Made by a program: the position numbers and the translations under genes. Source: Planctomycetota bacterium (GTDB lineage Bacteria; Planctomycetota; PLA2; JAEUHO01). From it: a DNA stretch of 64,000 nt. The stretch spans positions 15,695 to 79,694 of the forward strand of contig CAXQZU010000022.1 in assembly GCA_964228555.1 (NCBI GenBank). Direction: 5' to 3'. Position 1 is the stretch's first letter. Every line of letters starts with the position of its first letter. This document shows positions 19,357 through 29,087 of this stretch, in pieces. The notes under the pieces were generated by a model, which saw nothing but the letters and a program-made list of their open reading frames with translations, did not search any database and had not been told where the DNA came from.

Positions 19357-20334
19357 CTAGCGCAGCACGGCCCTCTTGCGCAGCACCACGCGTGGCTGGG
19401 CTCCGGCCGGGGCGGACTGCACCATCAAGTCCACCGCCTCTCCGGCACGCCGCCCCCACAGGGCCCGTTCCACGTCAGCGGCCGAGGCCACGCGCTGGCC
19501 CGCCACCTCGAGCAGCACCTCGCCGGGCAGCACGCCCGCTGCGGCCGCGGGCCCGCCTGGGTCCACCGCGGCCACTTCCAGCAGGCCGGGCCGCTCGCGG
19601 ACGGAGAGGCCCAGCGAGGGACGGGCAGGCCCGGCCCCACCGCCCCGCAGTCGTCGCACTGCTTCCAGCACGGCCTCCACCGGCGTGGCCAGCGAGATGC
19701 CCTGGAAGCCGCCCGCACGGGTCATGATCTGGGTCACCATGCCCAGCACGCGTCCGTTCGTGTCCAGCAAGGGGCCGCCTGAGTTGCCGAGGTTGGCCGC
19801 TGCATCCGCCTGGATGAAGTCCTCGTAGGCGCTGGGCTGGGCCGCCACGCCGCGGCGGTGGAGGCCGCTGACGATGCCTGCCGACCACGAGCGCTCCAGG
19901 CCGTAGGGGCTGCCGCAGGCCAGCACCCACATGCCTGGCGCAAGGTCGCGCGTGCTGCCGGCGGCCAAGGGCACGAGGCCCGTGAGCGGGGCCTTGAGCA
20001 GGGCCACGTCCACGCGCGGATCGGTGGCGACCACCTCGGCCTCCACGGGTGCCCGGCCGGCCAGCCCCACCAGCACGCGCTTGGCCCCGGCCAGCACGTG
20101 GGCGCTGGAGACGATCCATCCGTCGCCCTCGAGCACCCACCCGCTGCCGACGGCGTCATCGCGGGAACGCCCCGCCACCTGCGTGCTCACGTGCACCACC
20201 GAGGCCTCGGCGGACACGATGGCCGCGCGGAAGTCGGCGGGCCCGGAGGCGCTCGCTGGCGCCGGATCGGCCCCGAGCCGGCCAAGGCACCAGCCCAGCG
20301 CGAGCACGAGGGGCAGGACGACGATGGGACGCAT
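19357..20334 (-). CDS. HtrA/DegS-like trypsin-family serine protease with one PDZ domain
   Basis: Signal peptide, then the catalytic triad context (SSAHVL ... D ... GNSGGPLLDTNGRVLGMV) and a C-terminal PDZ. ATG verified at 20334. Confidence 0.85.
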   Translation of the reverse strand: MRPIVVLPLVLALGWCLGRLGADPAPASASGPADFRAAIVSAEASVVHVSTQVAGRSRDDAVGSGWVLEGDGWIVSSAHVLAGAKRVLVGLAGRAPVEAEVVATDPRVDVALLKAPLTGLVPLAAGSTRDLAPGMWVLACGSPYGLERSWSAGIVSGLHRRGVAAQPSAYEDFIQADAAANLGNSGGPLLDTNGRVLGMVTQIMTRAGGFQGISLATPVEAVLEAVRRLRGGGAGPARPSLGLSVRERPGLLEVAAVDPGGPAAAAGVLPGEVLLEVAGQRVASAADVERALWGRRAGEAVDLMVQSAPAGAQPRVVLRKRAVLR

Positions 20335-20363
20335 GGCAGCCTCCAGCGCGGGGAGGCGGCATC

Positions 20364-21770
20364 CTACGGGCGAGCCACCTGGCCGGGACCCGGCCCGCGC
20401 TCGCCCCCGCCCACGCCGTACTCCTCCAGCTTGCGGTAGAGCGTGCGCAGGCCGATGCCCAGGATGCGCGCAGCGGCGGTCTTGTTGCCGCCCGTGCGCT
20501 GCATCGTGTCGAGGATGATCAGCCGCTCGGCCTCGGGCAGCGGAGTGCCCCGCTTGATGCGCAGCACGTCGGCCGTGTCGGGCAGGTCCTCCACCCGCTG
20601 CTGCCCGCCGACCTCGACGGGCAGCACGGCCCGCGTGACGAGGGGGCCGTCGCTGAGCACCACGGCGGCCTCCACCATGTTCTCCAGCTCCCGCACGTTG
20701 CCCGGCCACTCGTGCTGCTGCAGCAGGGCCAGCGCCTCGGGCTCGAAGCCGCGCACGTCGCGGCCGTGCCGCCCGGCATACAGCGCGCGGAAGTGCTCGG
20801 CCAGCGCCGGGATGTCGCCGCGGCGCTCGCGCAGCGCCGGCATGCGCACCGTCACCACCTTGAGCCGGAAGTAGAAGTCCTCGCGCAGCTCGCCCTTGCG
20901 CACCTTTGCGTCGAGGTCTGCATTCGTGGCGGCGACGAGGCGCACGTCCACCTGCCGAGGCTTGTTCTCGCCCAGGCGCTCCACCTCGCGGTTCTGCAGC
21001 ACGCGCAGCAGCTTCACCTGCGTGTGCAGCGGCACCTCGCCCACCTCGTCGAGGAACAGGGTGCCCCCGTGCGCAGCCTCGAAGCGCCCGGCGCGTTCCG
21101 CCGCAGCGCCCGTGAAGGCGCCCCTGGCGTGCCCGAACAGCTCGGCCTCCAGCAGGCCCTCGGGCAGCGCGGCGCAGTGGACCTTCACGAAGGGCCCGCG
21201 GGCCCTCGGGCTGGCCTTGTGCACGGCCTCGGCCACCAGTTCCTTGCCGGTGCCCGACTCGCCCAGGATCAGCACGGTGGCGTTGGTGGGCGCGGCCTTG
21301 CCCACCATGCGGAACACCTCCCGCAGGGCGGGGGCGCTGCCCACGAAGCCGGGGGGCAGCCCCTCGGCGCTCAGTCCCGCACGCCACGCGGCGCTCACCG
21401 GGGCCTGCTGGCGCGCAGCCAGCGCCGAGGCCACGAGGCTGCGCAGGCGGCGCACGTCGAGCGGCTTCTCCACGAAGTCGTAGGCGCCGTCGCGCATGGC
21501 GCGCACGGCGCGCTCGACGCTGCCGTAGGCAGTCATCACGATCACGGGCGCCTCGGGCTGCGCGGCCTTGGCGGCGCGCAGCAGGTCGAGGCCGTCACCC
21601 TCGCCGGGCAACACCACGTCCGTGAGCAGCAGGTCGAAGGGCGCCGCCGCGATGGCGGCACGGGCGCTGGCCATGTCCTCGGCCAGCCGCACCTCGTGCT
21701 CGCCGGAGAACACCTCGCCCAGCGCCTCGCGCGCGTTCTTCTCGTCCTCCACGACCAGCAGGCGCGCCAT
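20364..21770 (-). CDS. sigma-54-dependent response regulator (NtrC family: REC + AAA+ + HTH)
   Basis: Receiver domain (LLVVEDE...D at the phospho-acceptor site), AAA+ with Walker A GESGTGKE, and an intact GAFTGA ([31 protein letters not shown]). C-terminal Fis-type HTH. ATG verified at 21770. Confidence 0.9.
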   Translation of the reverse strand: MARLLVVEDEKNAREALGEVFSGEHEVRLAEDMASARAAIAAAPFDLLLTDVVLPGEGDGLDLLRAAKAAQPEAPVIVMTAYGSVERAVRAMRDGAYDFVEKPLDVRRLRSLVASALAARQQAPVSAAWRAGLSAEGLPPGFVGSAPALREVFRMVGKAAPTNATVLILGESGTGKELVAEAVHKASPRARGPFVKVHCAALPEGLLEAELFGHARGAFTGAAAERAGRFEAAHGGTLFLDEVGEVPLHTQVKLLRVLQNREVERLGENKPRQVDVRLVAATNADLDAKVRKGELREDFYFRLKVVTVRMPALRERRGDIPALAEHFRALYAGRHGRDVRGFEPEALALLQQHEWPGNVRELENMVEAAVVLSDGPLVTRAVLPVEVGGQQRVEDLPDTADVLRIKRGTPLPEAERLIILDTMQRTGGNKTAAARILGIGLRTLYRKLEEYGVGGGERGPGPGQVARP

Positions 21771-21778
21771 GGCTCCTC

Positions 21779-22900
21779 CTAGGCCCGGGCCGGGCCGGTG
21801 TCGGTGCCGGCCAGCGGGAGGTGGATGACGAAGCGCGCGCCCCCGCCCGGCCGCTCGAGGACCTCGATCTCGCCCCCGTGGCTCTCGACGGCCCGGCGCG
21901 CGAGCGGGAGGCCCAAGCCTGTGCCCCCCCGCTTGCGGGTGAAGAACAGCTCGAACACGCGCTTGCGGTCGGCCGGCGCGATGCCGGGGCCGTTGTCGTC
22001 CACCACGATCACCGTGCTGTGCGGATCGTCGCGCGTCTCCACCTCGACACGCCCCGCGGGACCGACGGCCTCCAGCGCGTTGCGGACCACGTTGTGGACT
22101 GCGCGGTCGATGCGTGCGCGATCGACCGGCAGCCGCCGCACGCTGCCGGGCCGGAACACCACCTGCGCGCCCTGGCGCCGGGCGGTCCCGTCGAGGCGCT
22201 CGACCACCGCGGCCACGATGTCGTCCACCCGCTCGGGGGCGAGGTCGGGCGGGCCGCCACGGCTCACCTCCAGCAGGTGGGCCACCAGCGATTCCATGCG
22301 CTGGAGCTCGGCGATCATGGCGTCGGCCTTGGCCGCGATCGCCTCGCGCGGCAGGTCCTCGATGCGTTCCCGCAGCAGCTGCAGGTTGAGGCTGAGCGCG
22401 TTGATCGGGTTGCGGATCTCGTGCGCGATGCCCGCCCCCAGCGCCGCGACGGCCTCGCTGCGTGCCTGCAGGCGGCGACGCTCTTCCTCGCGCGCGCTGC
22501 GCGTGATGTCCTGCAGCGCCAGCACGGCGCCCAGCACCTGGCCGGACGGGCCGCGCATCGGCCCCAGCGTGGCCCGCACCACCCTCTCGCCCAGCGGGTG
22601 GCGCGGCAGGTCGCACCGCACGCCCTCGCGCAGGCAGGCATGCAGGGCCAGTCCCCAGTCGAGGTTGGGGTCGGCCGCCAGCGCCGGCAGCGCGTCCAGC
22701 AGCGAACGGCCCACGGCCGCCTCGCGCGGGCCCATCCACGCCGCGAGCGCAGGGTTCCACACCAGCACGCGGCCACTGGCGTCGGTGGCCGCCACGGCCA
22801 GCGGCAGCGCCTCGGCCAGCGCCTCCAGGCGCAGGGCGTAGTCCTCCTCGGGCAGGACGCGCAGCAGCACCTCGCTGTAGAAGCGGAACCGGGTGGTCAC
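21779..22900 (-). CDS. cytoplasmic PAS-domain sensor histidine kinase
   Basis: PAS-like N-terminus, H-box (IAHEIRNPINALSLNL) and HATPase_c N/G boxes (NVVRNALEAV ... DDNGPGI ... GGTGLGL). GTG start with AGGA 9 nt upstream, 8 nt from the regulator gene. Confidence 0.8.
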   Translation of the reverse strand: MTTRFRFYSEVLLRVLPEEDYALRLEALAEALPLAVAATDASGRVLVWNPALAAWMGPREAAVGRSLLDALPALAADPNLDWGLALHACLREGVRCDLPRHPLGERVVRATLGPMRGPSGQVLGAVLALQDITRSAREEERRRLQARSEAVAALGAGIAHEIRNPINALSLNLQLLRERIEDLPREAIAAKADAMIAELQRMESLVAHLLEVSRGGPPDLAPERVDDIVAAVVERLDGTARRQGAQVVFRPGSVRRLPVDRARIDRAVHNVVRNALEAVGPAGRVEVETRDDPHSTVIVVDDNGPGIAPADRKRVFELFFTRKRGGTGLGLPLARRAVESHGGEIEVLERPGGGARFVIHLPLAGTDTGPARA

Positions 22901-23009
22901 GCCCGCGATCCTACCGCCGCCGCACCGGGCGAGCCCCGCGCGCCCCCCTCGCCCCGGAGCATGCGCGGCCGGCCCGCCGGCCGACGGCCCCCAGCGGTAG
23001 CCTGCGCGC

Positions 23010-23732
23010 ATGCCTGCGATCGCCTGGAGCCTGCTCACCCTGCTCTCCGGCGCGCTGGCCTGCCTGCTGGTCACGCGGCTGGACCGTACGCGCTGGGCCG
23101 TGCGCGGCGTCGTGGGGCCCTACTTCGCAGCGCCAGCGCTGCTGTTCGGCTTCTTCACCAGCTCGGCGCTGGGCGACATGTGGACGCGCCAGGCGCGTCT
23201 CGCCGCGCTCGCCTCCGGCGAGGCCAGTGCGCTGGGCTCCCTGCGCCGCCTCGCGCTCGAGCCCGGGGCAGCCGCTGCGGGCGTCCCGGCGCTCGTGGAC
23301 GGCATGGCGGGAGCCGAGGCGCAGGTGGCCTCGGCGCCCGACGACCCGACCCGTGCGGCAGCCGCCAGCGCGGCGGAGGCTGCGCTCTACGCGACCGCCG
23401 TGAAGCCCGGCTGCTTCACGGCCGGCAGCGCCGTGCAGGCACAGTTCCTCGCCTCGCTCGAGCGACTGCGGGACGCACGCCACGAGCGCCGGCACCTCGG
23501 GCACGCGCACGTGCCCACGGCCAAGCTGGTCATGGTGCTGGTGCTGGGCGTGTTCACGCAGCTGGCCATCGCCTGGTGCCACGCCGGCAACGCACGCGCC
23601 ACCTGGCTCGGCGTGCTGCTGTTCTCGCTCTCCTTCGCCACGGCCATGCTGGCGCTGGGCGCGGACGGGCGCGCGACAGCCGGCTCGCAGGGGCTGCCTG
23701 CGCAGGCAGCTGCCACCTCCACCGGGCGTTGA
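23010..23732 (+). CDS. hypothetical multi-pass membrane protein
   Basis: 240 aa with several predicted TM helices (WSLLTLLSGALACLLV, LVMVLVLGVFTQLAIAW, WLGVLLFSLSFATAMLALG). Divergent from the kinase operon. The overlapping minus-strand ORF is Arg/Gly/Pro junk. Confidence 0.55.
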   Translation: MPAIAWSLLTLLSGALACLLVTRLDRTRWAVRGVVGPYFAAPALLFGFFTSSALGDMWTRQARLAALASGEASALGSLRRLALEPGAAAAGVPALVDGMAGAEAQVASAPDDPTRAAAASAAEAALYATAVKPGCFTAGSAVQAQFLASLERLRDARHERRHLGHAHVPTAKLVMVLVLGVFTQLAIAWCHAGNARATWLGVLLFSLSFATAMLALGADGRATAGSQGLPAQAAATSTGR

Positions 23733-23767
23733 GCGCGACACGCGGCGCGTGGCGCTACCTTGGGGGC

Positions 23768-24160
23768 ATGAGCGCGGCGCACCCCCACCCGTCCGAGGCC
23801 CGGCTGCGCCGGGACGCCGACATCCGCGCGGTGCTGGACCGGGGCGAGGCCTTCCCGGGCCGCGAGGCACTGGTGCGACGGCTGGCGCGCGAGGACGGCC
23901 TGGCCCGCCTGGCCCTGAGCGTGCCCCGTGGCTACGGCCACGCGCCACGCCGCAACCGCTTCCGCAGGCTGGTGCGCGAGGCCTTCCGGGCCCTGCGGCC
24001 CTCGCTGCCGCCGCTGGACCTGGTCGTGAGCCCGCGCCGTGGCGCCGCGGAGCCCACGCTGGCGGGCCTGCGCGCCGATCTCGAGCGAGCCGGCCGGGCC
24101 GCAGCGGGCTCGGGCGCACCGCCGCGCGCGCCGCGGCCGGCGAGGCCGCGACGCCGATGA
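23768..24160 (+). CDS. rnpA: ribonuclease P protein component
   Basis: RnpA signature (RLRRDADIRAVLDRG...ARLALSVPRGYGHAPRRNRFRRLVREAFR). Stop overlaps the yidD start (ATGA). Confidence 0.82.
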   Translation: MSAAHPHPSEARLRRDADIRAVLDRGEAFPGREALVRRLAREDGLARLALSVPRGYGHAPRRNRFRRLVREAFRALRPSLPPLDLVVSPRRGAAEPTLAGLRADLERAGRAAAGSGAPPRAPRPARPRRR

Positions 24161-24411
24161 CGCCCGCCCGCCTCGGGCTGGGCCAGCGCCTCGCCCTCGG
24201 CCTCGTGGGGGCCTACCGGCTCTTGCTCAAGCCGTGGCTGCCGCCGGCCTGCCGCTTCGAGCCCTCCTGCTCGACCTATGCCCAGCAAGCCATCCGGCTG
24301 CACGGGGCGTGGCGCGGCATGCTGCTGTCGGTGCGCCGGCTAGGCCGCTGCCGGCCGGGCGGCGGCTTCGGGGAGGATCCCGTCCCCCCCGCACCTGCGC
24401 GCCCGTCCTGA
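24157..24411 (+). CDS. yidD: membrane protein insertion efficiency factor YidD
   Basis: YidD signature (YRLLLKPWLPPACRFEPSCSTYAQQAI..HGAWRG). Translationally coupled to rnpA. Confidence 0.88.
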   Translation: MTPARLGLGQRLALGLVGAYRLLLKPWLPPACRFEPSCSTYAQQAIRLHGAWRGMLLSVRRLGRCRPGGGFGEDPVPPAPARPS

Positions 24412-24470
24412 GCAGGCCCGGCCCGGCAGGCCCGAGGGCCCGCCCGCGGCCATCGACCGGCCAGGGCGGC

Positions 24471-27400
24471 TCAGCGCGCGGGCGGGCCGTCGAGGTTCGT
24501 GTTCGTGCGCAGGTCGAACAACGGCTGGAGGCGCTCGAACTCCTCGAGGAAGGTGGCCACCTTGCCATTCATGGCACCGTCGCGCGAGCCCACCGGCATG
24601 CGCATGCCGCGGGGCAGGTCGCGCTGGGCGCCGAAGACGCGCCGCGACATGTACTCCGAGTACGCACGGGGGCTGAACTCGGCCTTCGTGGGGTAGACAC
24701 GCTCGGCCACCCGCACCAGGAAGGCACAGCCGGTGCCGTCAGGCGCACGCTTCTCGTCACGCAGCGTCGCGCGCCCGAAGGTGCCCGGGCTGGCATCCGT
24801 GGTGTCGTTCTTCGCCTCGCCACGGCGCACGAGGCCGTAGCCCCCCTGCCGCACGAAGTTGCGCCGCAGCAGCTGCGCCTGCTCCAGCGCGCTGGCACCA
24901 GGCGCAGGCCGCGCCTGCGTCGGCACGCTGCTGCCGATGAACAGGCCGGTGCGCTCGTCGTGCACCACGGCCCCGGGGCGCGCCTTCTTCCAGGCCTCCA
25001 GCGCGGCCTCCCACCGGGTGTCCGCCTGGCCCTCGGCCACGACAGGAGCCTGCAGCACGTCGCGCTGGAAGGCGGCCAGCTCGCGTTCGGCGCGGTCGAG
25101 CTGGCGACGCTCCAGCCATCGCTCGAAGACCTGGTCCTGCACCTCCGCCAGGTCCGGGATGCGCTCGGCCGTCACCTGCAGCGTGCGGGCCACCACCTTC
25201 GTGAGGCGCTGGTTGAGCTGGATGGGGATCGAGGCCACGTCGCCGTCACGCTGGTTGCCGAGGTAGAGCGGCAGCTCGTCAAGGCCAGGCACGGCGCTGA
25301 TCTCGGCGCGCGTGAGCGACACCGCCGTCTTGTCGGCCTTGTCGGTCGTGTAGTACTCGAGGAAGCGGTGCCCGCGCGCGCGCTCGGCCTCGCCCGGCTG
25401 GTACTTGCCCAGCCGCTCCTCGGAGAGCAGGTCCACCAGCGTCACGCCATCGGCGGGTCGCGGGGCCATGCTCGTGGCCGCCGTGGCCTCCCACGCCTTG
25501 ATGGCCTCGCGGCTGGCCACGACCGCCTTCCAGTGGTGGTTGAGCACCCGCTCGAGGAACTCCTGGCGCACCAGGATCTCGCGCCAGCCCTGCTCCTCGT
25601 ACTCCTTGCGCAGCGGGTCGGGCGCGGCGCCCTCGGCCGGTGCCGGCGGGGCCGCCAGCCCGGGGAAGCAATCGCGGGACGGGACGCGCACCACGGCCTG
25701 CGCCGGCCAGCCCAGCTTGCGGGCCAGGTCCATGCCATGCCCGTCCTGGGGGTCACGGGGGTCCTTCGCGGTGAACTCGTAGCCCGACCCCGCCGTGCCA
25801 CGCCCAGACTGCCAGCGGTCGAACAGGGCCTGCTCGTCTTGCGGCCCGACGCGCTGCTCCGGGCAGTCTTCCCACAGGCGCTTGAGGGTGGCCTCGCTGA
25901 CCAACGGCAGGTGCATCACGAGGGCCTCGAAGCGACGCCGCATCGGCTGCTGGAAGGCCGAGCGCACGGCAGGCTGGGCGTAGAAGGCCTCGAGGTCGCT
26001 GGCGTTGCCGCCACGCAGGTCGTCGGCCGTCCCGGGCTGCCCGTCGGCGCCCACGCTGCTGGCCTCGTACACCCCCTGCTCGGCGTTGGCCAGCGACACG
26101 GTCACGGCGCGGCCCCAGGCATCCGTACGCCCGGCCGGGAGGTAGGCAGCGAGCACCGGGCCCAGCGCGACGCGCCCCCGCTCGGCCGTCACCACCGCCA
26201 CGATGTCGTCGGGCGTGCCTGCCACGCCGTCAGGTCCCGCAGAGGCGAGGCGGGGCGGCTCGTCGCCGGAGGCGCCGCCCGTGCCCAGCACGTAGGAAAG
26301 CGGGCGGTTCCAGCCGTCTTGCGGCACGCTGGAGAGCGCCGGCATCGCAGCCCCGCCCGCAGCACGCGCGGGCGCGCGCACGAGGTCCTCGAGGCTGCCC
26401 GGCCAAGCCCGGGGATCGCCGGCGCTGCGCCAGCGCACCAGGGCCTCGGCCACGCGGCCCACCGCCTTGTGCGTCTCCAGCTGGGCCTGCATGTCCAGGC
26501 CCACGTCATCCGCGGTCCCTTCCTTGCCGTCGGGGCCGTGGCTGCCCAGCACCGGATCGCCCGTGCCCAGCGTGTAGCGGAGGTCCTTGCCCCACGGGTC
26601 ACGCACGAGGTTCTCGGCCAGCGCCCAGCGCTGGTTCTGCACATCCTTGGCGGCCAGCACGGCGAGGGTGGCGGGCCACTCCCCCTTGGCGTCCTTGTAG
26701 TCGCGCGCCCGGTTGAGCGCGAGGCGCAGGCGCCGCACCGTCTCCACGACCGAGCGCAGCGGCTGCTCGGCCTCGGCCAGCGCCCGGCGCGTGGATTCCT
26801 CGGCTCGCACCTCGTCCGCGAACGAGGAGGCCTCCACGGCGAGATAGCGCAGGTCCACGCGCTCGCGGCTGGCCTTCCAGCCCTCGTAGGCCTGCGCGTA
26901 GGTCTGGTCGAAGCGCACCGGGTCCACGAGGCAGCTCAGCAGCTCGTCCTTGAGCACCACCCCGCGCACGACCTGCTCGAAGTCGGCCGGCGAGCGCCCC
27001 CACACCTGCGCGATGAAGCGCTCGTAGGCCTCGGGCGTCACCTCCAGCGAGGCCGTGCGCTCGTTGCTGGCCAGCACGGACTTGATGGCCCGGCCCAGCT
27101 GGGCCGGGCCGCAGCGGTAGCCAGCCTGCTCGGAGGCCCGCGCCAGCAGGGCATGCATCCACGCGACCTTGCGCATCGCGGGCGACTGGGAGCCGCGCAG
27201 GTAGCTGGCGTAGTCGATGGTCGGCATCCGCACCGTGGCCATGTACTGCTGGAACACCAGCAGCAGCCGCTGCATGTCCTCGTCGCTGATGGCGACGCGG
27301 TCAGGCTCGCCCACCAGCTGGAAGCTGCCCCCCAGTTCGGACTGCACCGCCGCGGGCGAGCCGCCCGCGCACTGGGTCACGGCTCCCGCCACCGAGAAGG

Positions 27401-27476
27401 TGGCCAGCAGCACGATGACCAGCCCGAGCAGGAAGTGCCGCTCGTAGCGCTTGAAGGCCTTGGTCCAGTGCGCCAT
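24471..27476 (-). CDS. large signal-anchored extracytoplasmic protein with repeated T2SS-GspG-C-terminal-like (DPWG...GxDG...DD) modules
   Basis: 1001 aa. N-terminal anchor MAHWTKAFKRYERHFLLGLVIVLLATFSVAGAV. At least three GspG-C-terminal-like modules (LVRDPWGKDLRYTLGTGDPVLGSHGPDGKEGTADDVG; WNRPLSYVLGTGGASGDEPPRLASAGPDGVAGTPDDIV; DAWGRAVTVSLANAEQGVYEASSVGADGQPGTADDL). ATG verified at 27476. Confidence 0.7.
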   Translation of the reverse strand: MAHWTKAFKRYERHFLLGLVIVLLATFSVAGAVTQCAGGSPAAVQSELGGSFQLVGEPDRVAISDEDMQRLLLVFQQYMATVRMPTIDYASYLRGSQSPAMRKVAWMHALLARASEQAGYRCGPAQLGRAIKSVLASNERTASLEVTPEAYERFIAQVWGRSPADFEQVVRGVVLKDELLSCLVDPVRFDQTYAQAYEGWKASRERVDLRYLAVEASSFADEVRAEESTRRALAEAEQPLRSVVETVRRLRLALNRARDYKDAKGEWPATLAVLAAKDVQNQRWALAENLVRDPWGKDLRYTLGTGDPVLGSHGPDGKEGTADDVGLDMQAQLETHKAVGRVAEALVRWRSAGDPRAWPGSLEDLVRAPARAAGGAAMPALSSVPQDGWNRPLSYVLGTGGASGDEPPRLASAGPDGVAGTPDDIVAVVTAERGRVALGPVLAAYLPAGRTDAWGRAVTVSLANAEQGVYEASSVGADGQPGTADDLRGGNASDLEAFYAQPAVRSAFQQPMRRRFEALVMHLPLVSEATLKRLWEDCPEQRVGPQDEQALFDRWQSGRGTAGSGYEFTAKDPRDPQDGHGMDLARKLGWPAQAVVRVPSRDCFPGLAAPPAPAEGAAPDPLRKEYEEQGWREILVRQEFLERVLNHHWKAVVASREAIKAWEATAATSMAPRPADGVTLVDLLSEERLGKYQPGEAERARGHRFLEYYTTDKADKTAVSLTRAEISAVPGLDELPLYLGNQRDGDVASIPIQLNQRLTKVVARTLQVTAERIPDLAEVQDQVFERWLERRQLDRAERELAAFQRDVLQAPVVAEGQADTRWEAALEAWKKARPGAVVHDERTGLFIGSSVPTQARPAPGASALEQAQLLRRNFVRQGGYGLVRRGEAKNDTTDASPGTFGRATLRDEKRAPDGTGCAFLVRVAERVYPTKAEFSPRAYSEYMSRRVFGAQRDLPRGMRMPVGSRDGAMNGKVATFLEEFERLQPLFDLRTNTNLDGPPAR

Positions 27477-27669
27477 GGGACAGGCGGGCTCCGGGGTGAA
27501 GGGGCGAGGATAGGGGCGACCCGCCCATGGGCAAGCCACCCCGCCCGAGCCCAGCGTCCGGGCGGTACGCGCCCCCGGCACGCCGGGCCAGCAGCCCCGC
27601 AGGCTGCGGCGGGCCCCGGCGGCGCGCGCGGCGGGCGCCTCGCGGCCACAGGCCCCGGCGCCCGGGCGG

Positions 27670-28437
27670 CTAGAGGCGCGCGAGGTCCTTGGCGCTGGGC
27701 AGGTCCTTGAGGTCGTTGAGGCCGAAGGCCGTCAGGAACTTGCGTGTCGTGCCGTACAGCATCGGCCGGCCGGGCTGGTCGCTGCGGCCCACCACCTTGA
27801 CGAGGTTGCGGTCCAGCAGCGCCCGCAGCGCCTCGCCCACCTGCACGCCACGGATGCGCTCGATCTCGGGCCGCGCCACGGGCTGGCGGTAGGCCACGAT
27901 GCTCAAGGTCTCCAGCTGGCCCTGCGACAGCCGGCCGTCCACCACGTGGCGCGCGAGGCGCCGCACGTACTCGGCGAACTCGGGACGCGTGACCACGCGC
28001 ACGCCACCGGCAACTTCCTGCAGCTCGACGCTCAGGCCCGCCGCCTGCCAGCGCTGGCGCACCTGCTCGATGGCCTCGCGCACGTGGATGGCGCTCGACA
28101 GGCCCAGCACGTCCCGGATGCGCTCGGGCGTGAGTGCGTCGCCGGCGGCCAGCAGCATGGCCTCGATGGCGCCCGCCAGGCGCTCCGGCGGCGGCGGCGG
28201 GCCCTGCGCACGCCGCTTGCGCGCGGGGGCAGCGAGCCCGGCGGACGCCGCGTCGGCATCCGCACCGGCCGCGGGCTCGCCCTCGGCTCCCGCCGCGCCC
28301 TCCCCGGGCTGCGACACGGCACCGTCCGCAGCGTCCGCACCCGTGCCTGCCAGCGCCTCACCCGACGGCGCGGCTTCCTCCTCGGAGGCCTGCGTCGGAG
28401 GCGTGCCACGGCCCTTGCGTCGGTTGCTGCTCATCAC
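27670..28437 (-). CDS. scpB: segregation and condensation protein B with an acidic low-complexity N-terminal extension
   Basis: ScpB winged-helix pair (AIEAMLLAAGDALTPERIRDVL ... LETLSIVAYRQPVARPEIERIRGV). The first ~90 aa are Glu/Ala/Gly-rich. Confidence 0.85.
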   Translation of the reverse strand: MMSSNRRKGRGTPPTQASEEEAAPSGEALAGTGADAADGAVSQPGEGAAGAEGEPAAGADADAASAGLAAPARKRRAQGPPPPPERLAGAIEAMLLAAGDALTPERIRDVLGLSSAIHVREAIEQVRQRWQAAGLSVELQEVAGGVRVVTRPEFAEYVRRLARHVVDGRLSQGQLETLSIVAYRQPVARPEIERIRGVQVGEALRALLDRNLVKVVGRSDQPGRPMLYGTTRKFLTAFGLNDLKDLPSAKDLARL

Positions 28438-28487
28438 CGCACCCTACCGCAGGCCAGCCCCAGCGCGCCGCCCGGACGGCCGCGCGC

Positions 28488-29087
28488 TCACTTGTTGAGC
28501 TGCTCCCGCATGGCGCGATACGCCGGTCCCCACGTGTCTTCCTTGCTGGACGCCGCGTCGTAGCTGGCCGCATCGCTGGCGTCCTTGCCGCCGACGGGGT
28601 ACCAGCGCCGGAGGAGGTCCCACGCCAGCTGGCGCCCGAGCTGGTCGCCGCCCTTGTCGTCCGGCCGCTTGATGAGGTCCAGCAGGTGCCGCTTGGCGAA
28701 GGTCTTGCGGCGGGTGGTGTCGTTGCGCTTGTCGGGAGCCAGCTCGGGGTCGCGAGAGGCCACGGCCGCATCGCTCAGGGCGCCGGCGGCACGCTGCCGC
28801 AGGCCCCGGTCGGCTTCCGGGTCGGCCAGGATCTTGGCCAGGTCCTCGGCCTTCACGCGGTTGCGCTTGCCCCAGTCCTCTTCCTGGTACTTGGCGTACT
28901 CGTCCACCTGGTCCTCGCGCGGGTCGCGCTCGGCCAGCTGGATCCACTTGTCCACCAGCGAGCCCAGCGCCTCGTGCCGGCGCTGCGCGTCGGCCACGGT
29001 CTCGGCCCGGGCCTGGCCCGAGCCGCCCCCCACGAGCCCCACGAGGGCCACGGCGACGAGGCCGCGCATGGCAAGCCCGGCGCGCAT
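28488..29087 (-). CDS. secreted hypothetical protein (last gene of the pseudopilin operon)
   Basis: Signal peptide MRAGLAMRGLVAVALVGLVGGGSG; charged, Trp-containing mature part. ATG shares a base with the upstream gene's TGA stop (TGATG). Confidence 0.6.
   Translation of the reverse strand: MRAGLAMRGLVAVALVGLVGGGSGQARAETVADAQRRHEALGSLVDKWIQLAERDPREDQVDEYAKYQEEDWGKRNRVKAEDLAKILADPEADRGLRQRAAGALSDAAVASRDPELAPDKRNDTTRRKTFAKRHLLDLIKRPDDKGGDQLGRQLAWDLLRRWYPVGGKDASDAASYDAASSKEDTWGPAYRAMREQLNK

Noticed and set aside
19357-21387. 676-aa minus-strand ORF
   Set aside because: It is the HtrA-like gene (last 325 codons) with an upstream in-frame extension that overlaps the NtrC-like gene in a different frame.
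23400-23767. Expected rpmH (L34) upstream of rnpA and yidC downstream of yidD
   Set aside because: The region upstream of rnpA is occupied by the C-terminus of the 240-aa membrane protein, and downstream of yidD is the convergent 1001-aa gene. No L34-like (MKRTYQPS...) or YidC-like reading frame is present, so these were not called.
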